A DNA stretch of 64,000 nt from Hyalangium minutum (GTDB taxonomy: Bacteria > Myxococcota > Myxococcia > Myxococcales > Myxococcaceae). The stretch lies in assembly GCF_000737315.1 (NCBI RefSeq), contig NZ_JMCB01000007.1, positions 186,001 through 250,000 of the forward strand, read 5' to 3'. The position numbers and the translations under genes were made by a program. The notes beneath the pieces were generated by a model. The model saw only the letters and a program-made list of their open reading frames with translations. It was not told the origin of the DNA and searched no databases. Numbering within the stretch: the first letter of the stretch is position 1; the number at the start of each line of letters is the position of its first letter. This document shows positions 38,728 through 49,100 of this stretch, piece after piece.

Positions 38728-39621
38728 ATGAGCAACAAATTCGTATCTGTGGCCGTGGCACTGGTCGGCGCGGGCTCGCTGCTGACGGGTTGCAACTTCG
38801 AGCAGCCGAACGCGGGCTGCATCGTTCAGGATGCAAGCTTCGCGAACTGGGTGGCGAAGTACGAGCTGAAGAACCCCGAGTCCATTCCCACCTCGTGCCA
38901 GGCGAGGCTGACGATTGGCAACGGCGCCACCTTCGGTGGTGGCGGCGAGCAGTGGGGCGTCTTCAAGTTCGCTGATCCGGATAAGGCGGGTTCGTCTGTG
39001 CTGACGATCCGCCCGGCGGGCCTGTACTCGCGCGCCGCTCTGGACATCTGCGATGCGGACACTCAGGCGCGCCTCATCAAGGCAGCGGAAGGGGAGAGCG
39101 CGAGCGAGATTCAGGCTCTCAAGGATGCACTGGCCCGGGAGTGCACGCCGGATGAGGGGCAGAGCACCTACGCGCAGACGGCGGTGGGCAGTCTCGCCGA
39201 GGAAGTGGGCTCGGATGACTTCTGCACGACGTCCAACTGGAAGGCGGGCTGGGTGGAGCCTCGCCCGACGGGTCAGCTGAACCCGGATGTCGCGCCCACC
39301 ACCAAAATCTCGTACCTGTTCGAAAACGTGAAGGTGTACGCCGCTCCGTCGGCTCCGGGAACGCAGCTCTCCGCGGACCTGAAGTACACCCGCGACGAGT
39401 GCACCGCGGAGTTCAAGGTGCGGGCGATCTGGCCGGCGGTTCCTTGCAACCCCAACTCGGAGCGCGCTTCCGAGCGGTGCGGGGATCGTTCGGGTATCAA
39501 CCCGAACTTCGCGGTGGTGTGCGACACGAGCTTCCGCATCAGCAACGCGGTGGATTCGAGTGGCGCGTTCGTCTACCCCGGCACGTGCGTCGCGCAGAAC
39601 GAGATCCCCTCCTTCAAGTAA
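38728..39621 (+). CDS. mlpA: Myxobacterial lipoprotein MlpA
   Basis: Lipobox GAGSLLTGCNFEQP, APGTQ, VRAIWP, C-terminal IPSFK; directly downstream of oar as in M. xanthus. Confidence 0.85.
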   Translation: MSNKFVSVAVALVGAGSLLTGCNFEQPNAGCIVQDASFANWVAKYELKNPESIPTSCQARLTIGNGATFGGGGEQWGVFKFADPDKAGSSVLTIRPAGLYSRAALDICDADTQARLIKAAEGESASEIQALKDALARECTPDEGQSTYAQTAVGSLAEEVGSDDFCTTSNWKAGWVEPRPTGQLNPDVAPTTKISYLFENVKVYAAPSAPGTQLSADLKYTRDECTAEFKVRAIWPAVPCNPNSERASERCGDRSGINPNFAVVCDTSFRISNAVDSSGAFVYPGTCVAQNEIPSFK

Positions 39622-39626
39622 CAGCC

Positions 39627-39648
39627 TCCGGCTGAAGTCCGGCTGAAG
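39627..39648 (+). repeat. Perfect 11-bp tandem direct repeat (tccggctgaag x2)
   Basis: Units at 39627-39637 and 39638-39648, intergenic. Confidence 0.85.
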
Positions 39649-39654
39649 CTGTGT

Positions 39655-39705
39655 CCGCGGCCCCGATGGCCCTCCCCACTTGGGAGTGGCTGCTCGGGGC
39701 CGCGG
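39655..39705 (+). terminator. Long hairpin downstream of mlpA
   Basis: Perfect 12-bp arms ccgcggccccga / tcggggccgcgg with an inner ctccc/gggag stem; no clear U-tract. Confidence 0.5.
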
Positions 39706-39739
39706 TGTTGAGAGAGGACTGAGCAAGCTCTGGAGGAGC

Positions 39740-41311
39740 ATGGAGGGCCGTTTTTCACTCTTGGAAGGTGTGCGAGCGAGGCTCGCGGACGAGCAGGGAA
39801 CGCTCCGGAAGGAGGCCCCCTACCGGGTGGCCCTCTGCTACCCGAGCCCCTACCACGTGGGCATGAGCTCGCTCGGCTACCAGTCTATCTACCGGGAGAT
39901 TCACCTCCACCCAGGCGCCACGGCGGAGCGGACCTTCCTCCCGGATGACGTGGAGGCCTACCGCCGCACGAGGACGCCACTCTTCACCTATGAGTCGGGG
40001 ACCGCCGTCTCGGACTTCCCCATGCTGGCCTTCTCCGTGGCCTATGAGCTGGAGCTGACCGGCCTCTTTACGATGCTGGAGATGGCTGGGTTCCCGCTGC
40101 TGAGGGAAGAGCGGGACGAGCGCCACCCGCTGATCGTGGCCGGTGGGCCGTTGACCTTCTCCAACCCGGATCCGCTGGAGCCCTTCGTAGACGTGCTCGT
40201 CCAGGGGGAGGCGGAGGAGCTCATCCACACCTTGCTGGAAGCCGCCCGCTCGATGGAGCGCGAGGCGCTTCTGGGGTTTCTCGCCCGCACGCCAGGCTTC
40301 CGGGTACCCGGGCGGGGAGGGGCCCGCTACTTCGTTTCCAAGGCTGCCGACGCACGGCTGCCCGCTCGCTCGCAGATCATCACGCCGAACACGGAGCTGC
40401 GCTCCATGTTCCTCATCGAGCCAGAGCGCGGTTGCTCGCGTGGCTGCCATTACTGCGTCATGCGGCGGACGACCAATGGCGGCATGCGGACGGTCCCGCC
40501 CGAGCGGGTGCTCTCGCTCGTCCCTGAGCATGCCAAGCGGGTGGGCCTGGTGGGCGCTGCGGTGACGGACCACCCGCGCATCGTGGAGCTTTTGCGCACC
40601 CTGGTGGACTCAGGGCGTGAGGTGGGGGTGTCTTCCCTTCGCGCGGATCGGCTCACCCAGGAACTGGTGGACACCTTGCGCCGGGGAGGGGCCAGCAACC
40701 TCACCGTTGCTGCGGATGGCGCCTCCCAGCGCATGCGAGACCTGGTGGACCGCAAGCACTCGGAGGAGCAGATCCTCCGCGCGGCGAACTTTGCTCGGAC
40801 GGCGGGACTCAAGCAGCTCAAGGTCTACAACGTCGTCGGTCTGCCCTACGAAGAGGACGCGGACATCGACGAGCTCGTTCGGTTCACCCTGGAGCTGTCG
40901 CGCATCATCCCCGTGGCGCTCGGTGTCGCCCCCTTCGTGGCCAAGCGCAACACGCCTCTGGATGGGGCGCCCTTCGCGGGCATCCGTGAGGTGGAGTCGA
41001 AGCTGGAGCGGCTCCGGCGCGGCCTCAAGGGGCGTGCCGAGGTCCGGCCTACATCTGCTCGCTGGGCCTGGGTGGAGTACATGCTCGCCCAGTGTGGTCC
41101 GGAGGCAGGGTTGGCCACGATGGACGCGTGGAAGGCGGGTGCCAGCTTTGCCGCCTTCAAGCGGGCCTTCGAGGCTCGAGCCTGTGTGCCGTACCAGGCC
41201 CGGCGGGTCGAGGACGGACGGCGCAATCCCACCGTCTGGCCCTCTGTCCCTACGGTGGTGCCCGTGGCGGCGCAGGGCACGTCCTCGGGCAACGATGCCC
41301 GGCCCTCGTAA
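39740..41311 (+). CDS. Radical SAM protein (TIGR03960/YgiQ-like)
   Basis: YPSPYHVGMSSLGYQ, FSVAYELE, CxxxCxxC motif GCSRGCHYC, SSLRAD. Start moved to ATG 39740 (SD GGAGG). Confidence 0.88.
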   Translation: MEGRFSLLEGVRARLADEQGTLRKEAPYRVALCYPSPYHVGMSSLGYQSIYREIHLHPGATAERTFLPDDVEAYRRTRTPLFTYESGTAVSDFPMLAFSVAYELELTGLFTMLEMAGFPLLREERDERHPLIVAGGPLTFSNPDPLEPFVDVLVQGEAEELIHTLLEAARSMEREALLGFLARTPGFRVPGRGGARYFVSKAADARLPARSQIITPNTELRSMFLIEPERGCSRGCHYCVMRRTTNGGMRTVPPERVLSLVPEHAKRVGLVGAAVTDHPRIVELLRTLVDSGREVGVSSLRADRLTQELVDTLRRGGASNLTVAADGASQRMRDLVDRKHSEEQILRAANFARTAGLKQLKVYNVVGLPYEEDADIDELVRFTLELSRIIPVALGVAPFVAKRNTPLDGAPFAGIREVESKLERLRRGLKGRAEVRPTSARWAWVEYMLAQCGPEAGLATMDAWKAGASFAAFKRAFEARACVPYQARRVEDGRRNPTVWPSVPTVVPVAAQGTSSGNDARPS

Positions 41312-41389
41312 GGGGGTGCACACATGTCACGGGGGAAGACACGTCTTCCGCCGCGCTCCTTGGCGCTCTGCTAGAAGGCCGCTGGCGCC

Positions 41390-42328
41390 ATGGACTGGCG
41401 CGATGAGGAGAGGCTACCGGTGAGCACGGAGCGCGTGGAAAAGGCTTGGCAGAGCAAGGGTCTCCAGGGGTACTCGATCGAGGCGATCCTCGGCACCCTG
41501 GGGCATTACGGCATTACGGTCAGCGAGGCCGACTTCCGGAAGCTCGTCGAGACGGGCTACCCCCAGGACATCGCCCTGGAGTGGGGAAAGAAGTGGAAGG
41601 GCACGGGGCCTTTCAAGCCCTTCCACTATGCCGCGGCCGAGGAGCTGTGGCGCCGCTGGGTGCCGGAGCGCCTCTCGCCTCCCGATTTCGCGGTGGCCCT
41701 GGCCGAGCTGATGGGAGCGCTGACGTCGCTCATCTCGGGGAAGCAGGAGGCGCCGGTGCAGGCCGCCTTCGACAAGATGAACGCCATCCGCCAGCGCATG
41801 CCGTTGGATGACAAGGGGCAGCCTCAGCTGGCCTTCGTCGAACGCGCGCTCGGGGGCTTCGATGAGAAGGTCGCCGAGATGTTCGACTCGATGGCCGAGG
41901 TGCTCGCGAAGATGGGGCAGACGGCTCATGCGGATGCGTTCGCCGAGTTCGAGGAGTTCCTCCTGCCCGATCGCCGTGGCATTGCCACCGCGATTGTCCG
42001 CGCGAACAAGAACGAGCGGGACACGGCGCTCGCGGACCTGGAGGCGGTGTCGGTGGACACTTCGCGGACGCCGATCTCCCGGATTCTCGCGGTGGATGCG
42101 CTGATCCACCTGGGGGCCTGGCCTCAGGCTGTCTCGAGGGCTCGCCCGATGATGCTGCAGGCCGAGAAGGACGGGGACATCCACCTGGCGATCGACCTGT
42201 GCGCCCGGCTGGAGCACGTCTACAAGGCCACGGGAGACCGGGCGGGACTGCAGGCGCTGGCCAGTGATGCGGCCCGGCTCAACGAGATGCATGACCGCAT
42301 GCATCCGGGCCACCGGCACCGCCGCTGA
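41390..42328 (+). CDS. Hypothetical alpha-helical (TPR/HEAT-like) protein
   Basis: 312-aa ORF with host-like codon usage filling the gap; no motif recognised. Confidence 0.6.
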   Translation: MDWRDEERLPVSTERVEKAWQSKGLQGYSIEAILGTLGHYGITVSEADFRKLVETGYPQDIALEWGKKWKGTGPFKPFHYAAAEELWRRWVPERLSPPDFAVALAELMGALTSLISGKQEAPVQAAFDKMNAIRQRMPLDDKGQPQLAFVERALGGFDEKVAEMFDSMAEVLAKMGQTAHADAFAEFEEFLLPDRRGIATAIVRANKNERDTALADLEAVSVDTSRTPISRILAVDALIHLGAWPQAVSRARPMMLQAEKDGDIHLAIDLCARLEHVYKATGDRAGLQALASDAARLNEMHDRMHPGHRHRR

Positions 42329-42358
42329 CGCACGCGTCCGCTGCTCTCCGGCTCAGGA

Positions 42359-42955
42359 CTATTCCGAGTCGGTCCCAGTAGGGGCGAGCGGCACGGTCTC
42401 GGAGGTCTCCTTCTCGGAGGAGACCTCCTCGGCTTCAGCCTTTTTGCCAGCGCGGCGCTTGAGCGGAACGTGCAGGACGCTCGGGACTGCCTCGAGCACT
42501 TCGTGGCAGGGCACCACCGCTCCCACCGTCGTGTAGCGGATGGCTCCTGTCTTCGTCGACGTCTGCTTCAGCGCGTACGCCTTCGCCCGAGGCAGGAACC
42601 ACTCCCGGACGTCTTTCAGCGGCAGTACGTGTAGCTCCGCCTGCGAGAGGAACACGTACACCAGCAGGTCCGCGCCGCTGTAGAGGAAGCAGCCCGGGGT
42701 GTCCTTCTCCACGTTGGACACCAGCTCGAACCAGTAGCGCCGGCGCGTCTGCCGGTCGCCTTTCACCTCGATGCCGCGGACCTCGCCGGAGGGCAGCTCC
42801 CACAGCAGATCCACGCCTCGGTGCTGGAAGCGCGGATCCTCCTGCACGTCATGCACGCGCGAGCCGGGCGCCGTCTCCAGCATCCATGACCAGGCGTGTT
42901 GCACCGCCCGGTCCGCCGCCCCCTGCACCCCCCTCATGCTGAAGCTGCGAGGCAT
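42359..42955 (-). CDS. Hypothetical protein with PD-(D/E)xK nuclease-like motif
   Basis: FQHRGVDLLW...RGIEVKGD...FELVSN pattern (D...EVK). Confidence 0.55.
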   Translation of the reverse strand: MPRSFSMRGVQGAADRAVQHAWSWMLETAPGSRVHDVQEDPRFQHRGVDLLWELPSGEVRGIEVKGDRQTRRRYWFELVSNVEKDTPGCFLYSGADLLVYVFLSQAELHVLPLKDVREWFLPRAKAYALKQTSTKTGAIRYTTVGAVVPCHEVLEAVPSVLHVPLKRRAGKKAEAEEVSSEKETSETVPLAPTGTDSE

Positions 42956-42958
42956 GGG

Positions 42959-43510
42959 CTAGCGGCGCAGCTCCACGCCCGTGGCCACCATCTGCACTTC
43001 GCGCGGCTTGCCGTCCGCCCCACGAGGAATGATGGCGCCCTCGCTCTCGTAGTGCTTCGCGCGGTCCTCGCTCAGCTCGGCCACCTGCACCACGCCCTCC
43101 ACCCGCGCCTGCGAGCCCGCCGAGTCCAGCGGCACGAAGAAGCCGTAGTCCTTGAACGTCACCCGCACGCCCGGGCCCTTCGCGTCCTTGGCAGTGGCCA
43201 GCTCCATCCAGCAGCCCTTGCGCTCGCACGCCTTGCGCACCTGGCCCTCGAGCAGCACCGTCTTGCCGTTGTGCTCCTGCGGCTTGGCAAGCAGGTCCGC
43301 CAGCTTCACGGCCGGAGCCCCCTTGAGCGCCTCGCCGCGCGTCAGCTTCCAGTCCTCCTTCGGCGCCGCGGTCTCGGCTTGGGGCGCGTGGTGGCAGTCC
43401 GCCTCGGACGTCTTCGCGGGCTGCTTGTTCGTGGCAGGGGCAGGGTCGCCAGCAAGGGCCACGCACGGCACGGCGACCAGCATCAACAGAGCGGAACGGA
43501 GGGTCTTCAT
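42959..43510 (-). CDS. DUF4920 domain exported protein
   Basis: Signal peptide MKTLRSALLMLVAVPCVALA; VRKACERKGCWMEL, VTFKDYGFFVP. Start moved to ATG 43510. Confidence 0.8.
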   Translation of the reverse strand: MKTLRSALLMLVAVPCVALAGDPAPATNKQPAKTSEADCHHAPQAETAAPKEDWKLTRGEALKGAPAVKLADLLAKPQEHNGKTVLLEGQVRKACERKGCWMELATAKDAKGPGVRVTFKDYGFFVPLDSAGSQARVEGVVQVAELSEDRAKHYESEGAIIPRGADGKPREVQMVATGVELRR

Positions 43511-43603
43511 ATACCCTGGCGCATAGCCCAAAAGTCTCGGGCGGGGCAAGGCGGCCCGCCGTCCCTGTCCACTCCTCCATACACTCGCGTTACACTGGCT
43601 CCC

Positions 43604-44035
43604 GTGAAGGTCACCCTCCCTGCACCCAACCGGAAGTTCAGCCTCGTGGATGGCCTCGGCCTCGCGGGGCTCGTCGGGCTGCTCGTGGCCCGGTACATCC
43701 CCGTCGCGAAGATCATCCCCTTCTGGGGCTGCATGCTGCGCGAGACCACCGGCTGGCCCTGCTTCGGCTGCGGGCTCACCCGCGTGGCTGACCGGGTGGC
43801 GCACCTCAACTTCTCTGGTGCCTGGGAGGCCAACCCGCTGGGCACCGTGGCGGCGCTGCTCTTCGCCCTGCTGGCCGTGGTGGCGGTGCTGCACATGGTC
43901 TTCGCCCTGCCCATCCCTGACGTCCAGCTCTCCCCGCGCGAGTGGGGGTGGGTGCGCGTCGCGCTGCCCATCGTCATTCTCGTCAACTACGCCTATGTGG
44001 TGGTGAAGACGAAGTTTCCCCACCTGCTGATGTGA
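43604..44035 (+). CDS. DUF2752 domain membrane protein
   Basis: CMLRETTGWPCFGCGLTR followed by AWEANPLG; GTG start at 43604. Confidence 0.8.
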   Translation: MKVTLPAPNRKFSLVDGLGLAGLVGLLVARYIPVAKIIPFWGCMLRETTGWPCFGCGLTRVADRVAHLNFSGAWEANPLGTVAALLFALLAVVAVLHMVFALPIPDVQLSPREWGWVRVALPIVILVNYAYVVVKTKFPHLLM

Positions 44036-44042
44036 GCCCCGC

Positions 44043-44621
<579 letters not shown>

Positions 44622-45839
44622 GTCCTCCTTCTCCGAAGCGGGGCCCTTCATTCCGATGCGGTAGCCCAGCAGGGTGCAGGGGATGGGACCGTTCCACACG
44701 TCCCGGCGAGCCGAGGGCCGCGCGTGGAAGGCGCTCTCGAAGGCCGGGTTGCCGGAGAGCACGTAGATCCGCCATCCATCCAAGGTCCGGAGGTTCTCCC
44801 CGAGCTTGAAGTAGAAGGACTTCATGCCCTTCTGGCCGCCCGTGCCGATGCGCTCCCCGTAAGGAGGGTTGGTGATGAGCAGGCCGCCGCCCTCGGGCAG
44901 GGGAAGGGGCTTGGTGGCGTCGCCCTCGGTGATCTCGATCTCCTCCGAGAGCCGCGCGGCCTGCACGTTCCGTCGAGCGGCATCCAGCGCCTCGGGATCC
45001 TTGTCGAAGCCCCGCAGCGCCACGGTCACCTTGCGCTCGTTCCGCCGGGCGTCCGCGCGCAGATCCTCCAGCAGCTCCTTGGCTCGGGCTCCCAGGTGCG
45101 GCCAGCGCTCCACCGCGAACGAGCGGCCAATCCCCGGCGCTCGCCGCCGTGCGATGAGCCCTGCTTCAATGAGCAGCGTGCCGGAGCCGCACATGGGGTC
45201 CACCACGGACTCCTCGCCGGTATAGCGAGCCGCTCGCAGCAATGCCGCGGCCAGGGTCTCCTTCAAAGGCGCGGGAGTGGGGCGCACGCGGTAGCCCCGG
45301 CGGTGCAGAGGCTCGCCGCACAGGTCCAGCGAGAGCGACAGCCGCTCGCGCGCCAGGTGGGCCACCACGCTCACGTCCGGGTTGCGCGTGTTCACGTCGG
45401 GCCGAGCCCCCAGCGTGCCGCGCATCCGGTCCACGAGGGCATCCTTCACCTTGAGCGCCACGAAGCCCGAGTGGCTGTGCTCGCTGTCCTTCAGCGTGGC
45501 CTCCACCGCGAAGGTGTTCTCGGTCGTGAGGTGCTCCTCCCAGGGCACGCTGGCCGCCGCCTCGTAGAGTCCCTCCGCGCCGTGGGCCTCGAACTCGCCC
45601 AGCGGGTAGAGCACCCGCATCGCGATGCGAGACCAGAGGCACACGCGGAGCGCCTCATCGAGCGAGGCCAGGAAGCGCACCCCGCCCCGGTCCTGGCGGA
45701 TGCGGCGAGCGCCGAGCTCACGAAGCTCCTCGGCCAGGAGGTCTTCGGTGCCGCGGGCGGTGGTGGCGAAGAGAGCGAGGCGTTCAGCCATGACAACGCC
45801 CTTAACGAACCCGAGGCCGCTTGGAAACGGAGAAGAGAC

Positions 45840-46121
45840 TTATTCGCCCACCACCTCATACATCGTGAAGGTGGCGTCCTCCGCGACGCTGGCAGCCCTG
45901 GCGACCTGGAAGTCCGGGGACTGCAGGTAGGCGCGCAGTGCCTCCCTGTCCCGCCAGCGTGTCACCAGCAGGAACTCCGGCTGGCGCTCGTAGGAGCGCA
46001 GGACCTCCAGGCCCAGGAACCCGGCGTGCGCATCCACGAGCCGTGAGCGCTCCCGGAAGCGGGAGACCAGGCCCTCGGCCTGGTCGGGAGGAGGGCGGAA
46101 GCGCGAGATGGCGACAATCAT
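45840..46121 (-). CDS. Antibiotic biosynthesis monooxygenase (ABM/IsdG-like) protein
   Basis: MIVAISRF...FRERSRLVDAHAGFLGLEVLR...LVTRW pattern. Confidence 0.75.
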   Translation of the reverse strand: MIVAISRFRPPPDQAEGLVSRFRERSRLVDAHAGFLGLEVLRSYERQPEFLLVTRWRDREALRAYLQSPDFQVARAASVAEDATFTMYEVVGE

Positions 46122-46132
46122 CCCTTCACGTT

Positions 46133-49100
46133 CTACATCGCACCCGCGCCGGGCATGTCTCCCACGGCGCGGATGAGCACCTCGCGGGGCTTGGCGCCGT
46201 CGGCCGGGCCGACCACGCCGTCACGCTCCATCCGCTCGATCATGCGGGCGGCGCGGTTGTACCCGATGCGCATCTTGCGCTGGAGCATGGAGATGGACAC
46301 CGCGCGCATCTCGCTCACGGTGGCGAGCGCCTGGTCGTACAACTCGTCGGACAGCTCGTCCTCCTCGCCACCGCTCTCCACGTCCTCGTCGCGCGGCTTG
46401 AGGATGGACTCGTCGAAGACGGGCTTGCCCTGGGCCTTGAGGTGGTCCACCGCGCGCTTGATCTCCGTCTCGGAGACGAAGGCACCGTGCACACGCTGCA
46501 GGTGGGCGCTCGTGGGCGGCATGATGAGCATGTCGCCCATGCCGAGCAGGGCCTCGGCGCCCACCGTGCCCAGAATCGTCATCGAGTCCGGCTTCGAGCG
46601 CAGCATGAAGCTGATGCGCGTGGGGAAGTTGGCCTTGATGATGCCCGTGACGACGTCCGTGGACGGGCGCTGTGTGGCGACCATCAGGTGGATGCCGGCG
46701 GCGCGGGCCATCTGAGCCAGGCGCGCCACGTAGGTCTCCACCTCGCGGCTGGCGACCATCATCAGGTCCGCCAGCTCGTCGATGATGACCACGATGTACG
46801 GCAGCTTCTTGAGCTCCTTCTTCTCGGGCTCGGCGGGCTCGGCGGAGTCGGCAGCGGCCTCCTCGTTCTCCGAGGACTCCTGGGCCTCCAGCTCCCCGGC
46901 CTCGTTCTCCGCGTCGTCCTGAGCGGCCTCCGTGGGCTCGGGCTCGGATGCCACGGCCTCGCGCATGTCCTCGAGGTCGTCCTTGGGCGCGGCGACACCG
47001 GGGCCCTCGTCGCTCGTGGCGGCGGCTGCGGCGGGAGCGGCCTCGTCCTGGGCCACGTCCACCACGAGCACGTTCTTCGGCTTGGAGGGCTTCTTCTCCG
47101 CCGCGGGCTTCTCGGCCGTGGACACCACGGTGGCGGTGCTCTCCACCAGCTTGTTGAAGCCGGCGATGTTGCGCACGCCCGCCTCGGACAGCATCTGGTA
47201 GCGGCGCTCCATCTCCTCCACCGCCCAGCGCAGCGCGAGCGCGGCCTTCTTCGGGTCGGTCACCACGGGCAGCAGCAGGTGGGGGATGCCCTCGTAGACG
47301 GACAGCTCGAGCATCTTCGGGTCCACCATGATGAAGCGGACCTCCTCCGGCGTGGACTTCAGGAGGATGCTCATGATCATCGAGTTGACGGCCACGGACT
47401 TACCGGAGCCGGTGGTACCCGCGATGAGCAGGTGCGGCGCCTTGGCCAGGTCGAAGACGTACGGCATGCCCTCGATGTCCTTGCCCACGCACATGGTCAG
47501 GCGGCTCGAGCCCTTCTGGAAGGCGTCCTGCTCGGCGATCTCCTTGAGGTAGACGGTCTCGCGATCCTTATTAGGGACCTCGATGCCCACCACGCCCTTG
47601 CCGGGAATGGGGGCGACGATGCGCACGCGCATGGCCTCCATCGCCATGGCGAGGTCATCCGCGAGCGCGGCGATCTTGCTCACCTTGATGCCGGGGCCCG
47701 GGAGGAACTCGTACATGGTGACGACAGGACCGGGGCGGATCTCCACCACCTCGCCCTGGATGCCGAAGTCGGCCAGCTTGGCGCGCAGCTTCTCCGCCGT
47801 GACGAGGAACGCGTCCTTGTCCAGCTCGGAGCGCTCCTTCTTGTCGCACTCGAGCACGTCGAGCGGCGGCAGCGAGAAGCTCTTGCGGCCTCCGACGAAC
47901 TCGAACTCGTTCTCCTTCTTCTTCGGAGCGGTGGGCTTGGGCGGCGCTTTGGGCTCCACGATGAGCGGCATGCGCGCCAGCGCGGACGCAGGCGCCGGGA
48001 CAATGGCGGCAGGGCTCGCAGCAGCTGGAGCCGCAGTGGGAGGAGCCGCGGCCAGCGCAGCAAGCGGGTTCGCCGCCGCAGCGGGAACGGGCTCCGCGGC
48101 AGCCGCGGACGCAGCCAGGGCAGAGGCCGGCACGGGCGGCACGGAATTGGACGCGGCCGGCGGGGTGACGATGTTCGGTCCCTTGCGCTCGCGCTTGCGG
48201 GGAGGCTCGGACGGGGCCGCATTGGCGGCGGCAGGCACCGCAGGGGTGGGCGCGAGGAACGAGGCCCAGGCCGGATCGGCTCCCGGCGCCGGACGCTTCT
48301 CGAGCTTCTCGAGCTTCTCGGGCAGGGCGAGCACAGGAGCCCCAGAAGGCAGCTCGTCCGGCGTCTCCTTCTCCTTGAGACGCGCCTCGCGAGCCGCCTC
48401 CTTGGTCTCCTTCGCTGTCTTCTTGGCGAGCTGGAGCTGCTCTTTCTCCTGCTCCCGAGCCAGCCGCACGGCCTCCTCGGCCATGGCCTCGGCCTCGGCA
48501 GCCTCGGCCTCGGCGGCATCGCGCTCGGCCTCCTCCAACTCCTCCTCATCCGCCTCGAGCTGCGCGAGGAACGCCGCCTCCTCCTGCTTCTCCTGCTCGA
48601 GCCGCTCCTGGCGCTCCTTGTAGGCGACCTTCTGCGCCTCGAGGAAGGCCACGAAGGACTCCTGAGCCTGGCGGCCGAGCACGCTCAGCCCTGCCCACGC
48701 CAGCGCGCACAGCTTCAGGAAGGTGTACTGGGTGCCGACGATGAGCGCTGCCACGGACACGGCGGTGACGAGAATGACGGTGCCCACGGTGGAGAACAGG
48801 CCCTGCATCAGCCCACCGAGGCTCGCACCCACGGCACCACCGGGCGGATGCGCCCAGCCGGGATCGCCTCCGAAGATGAGCTGCGCGAGCACGGCCACGC
48901 TGATCGTCAGCATCGTCAGCGCGACAATCTGAGGCAGGCGGCGGCGCTCGCGGTTGCCCACGAAGATGACCGCGGCGGCATAGAGGCCGCAGCTGGGAAC
49001 GAGGTAGGCGCACACGCCGAGCAGGCCTCGCAGGGACTCGGCGACGAGGTGGCCCATGGGGCCGACCAGGTTCCGGAACCCGGGGCCCACCCGGTCGTGC

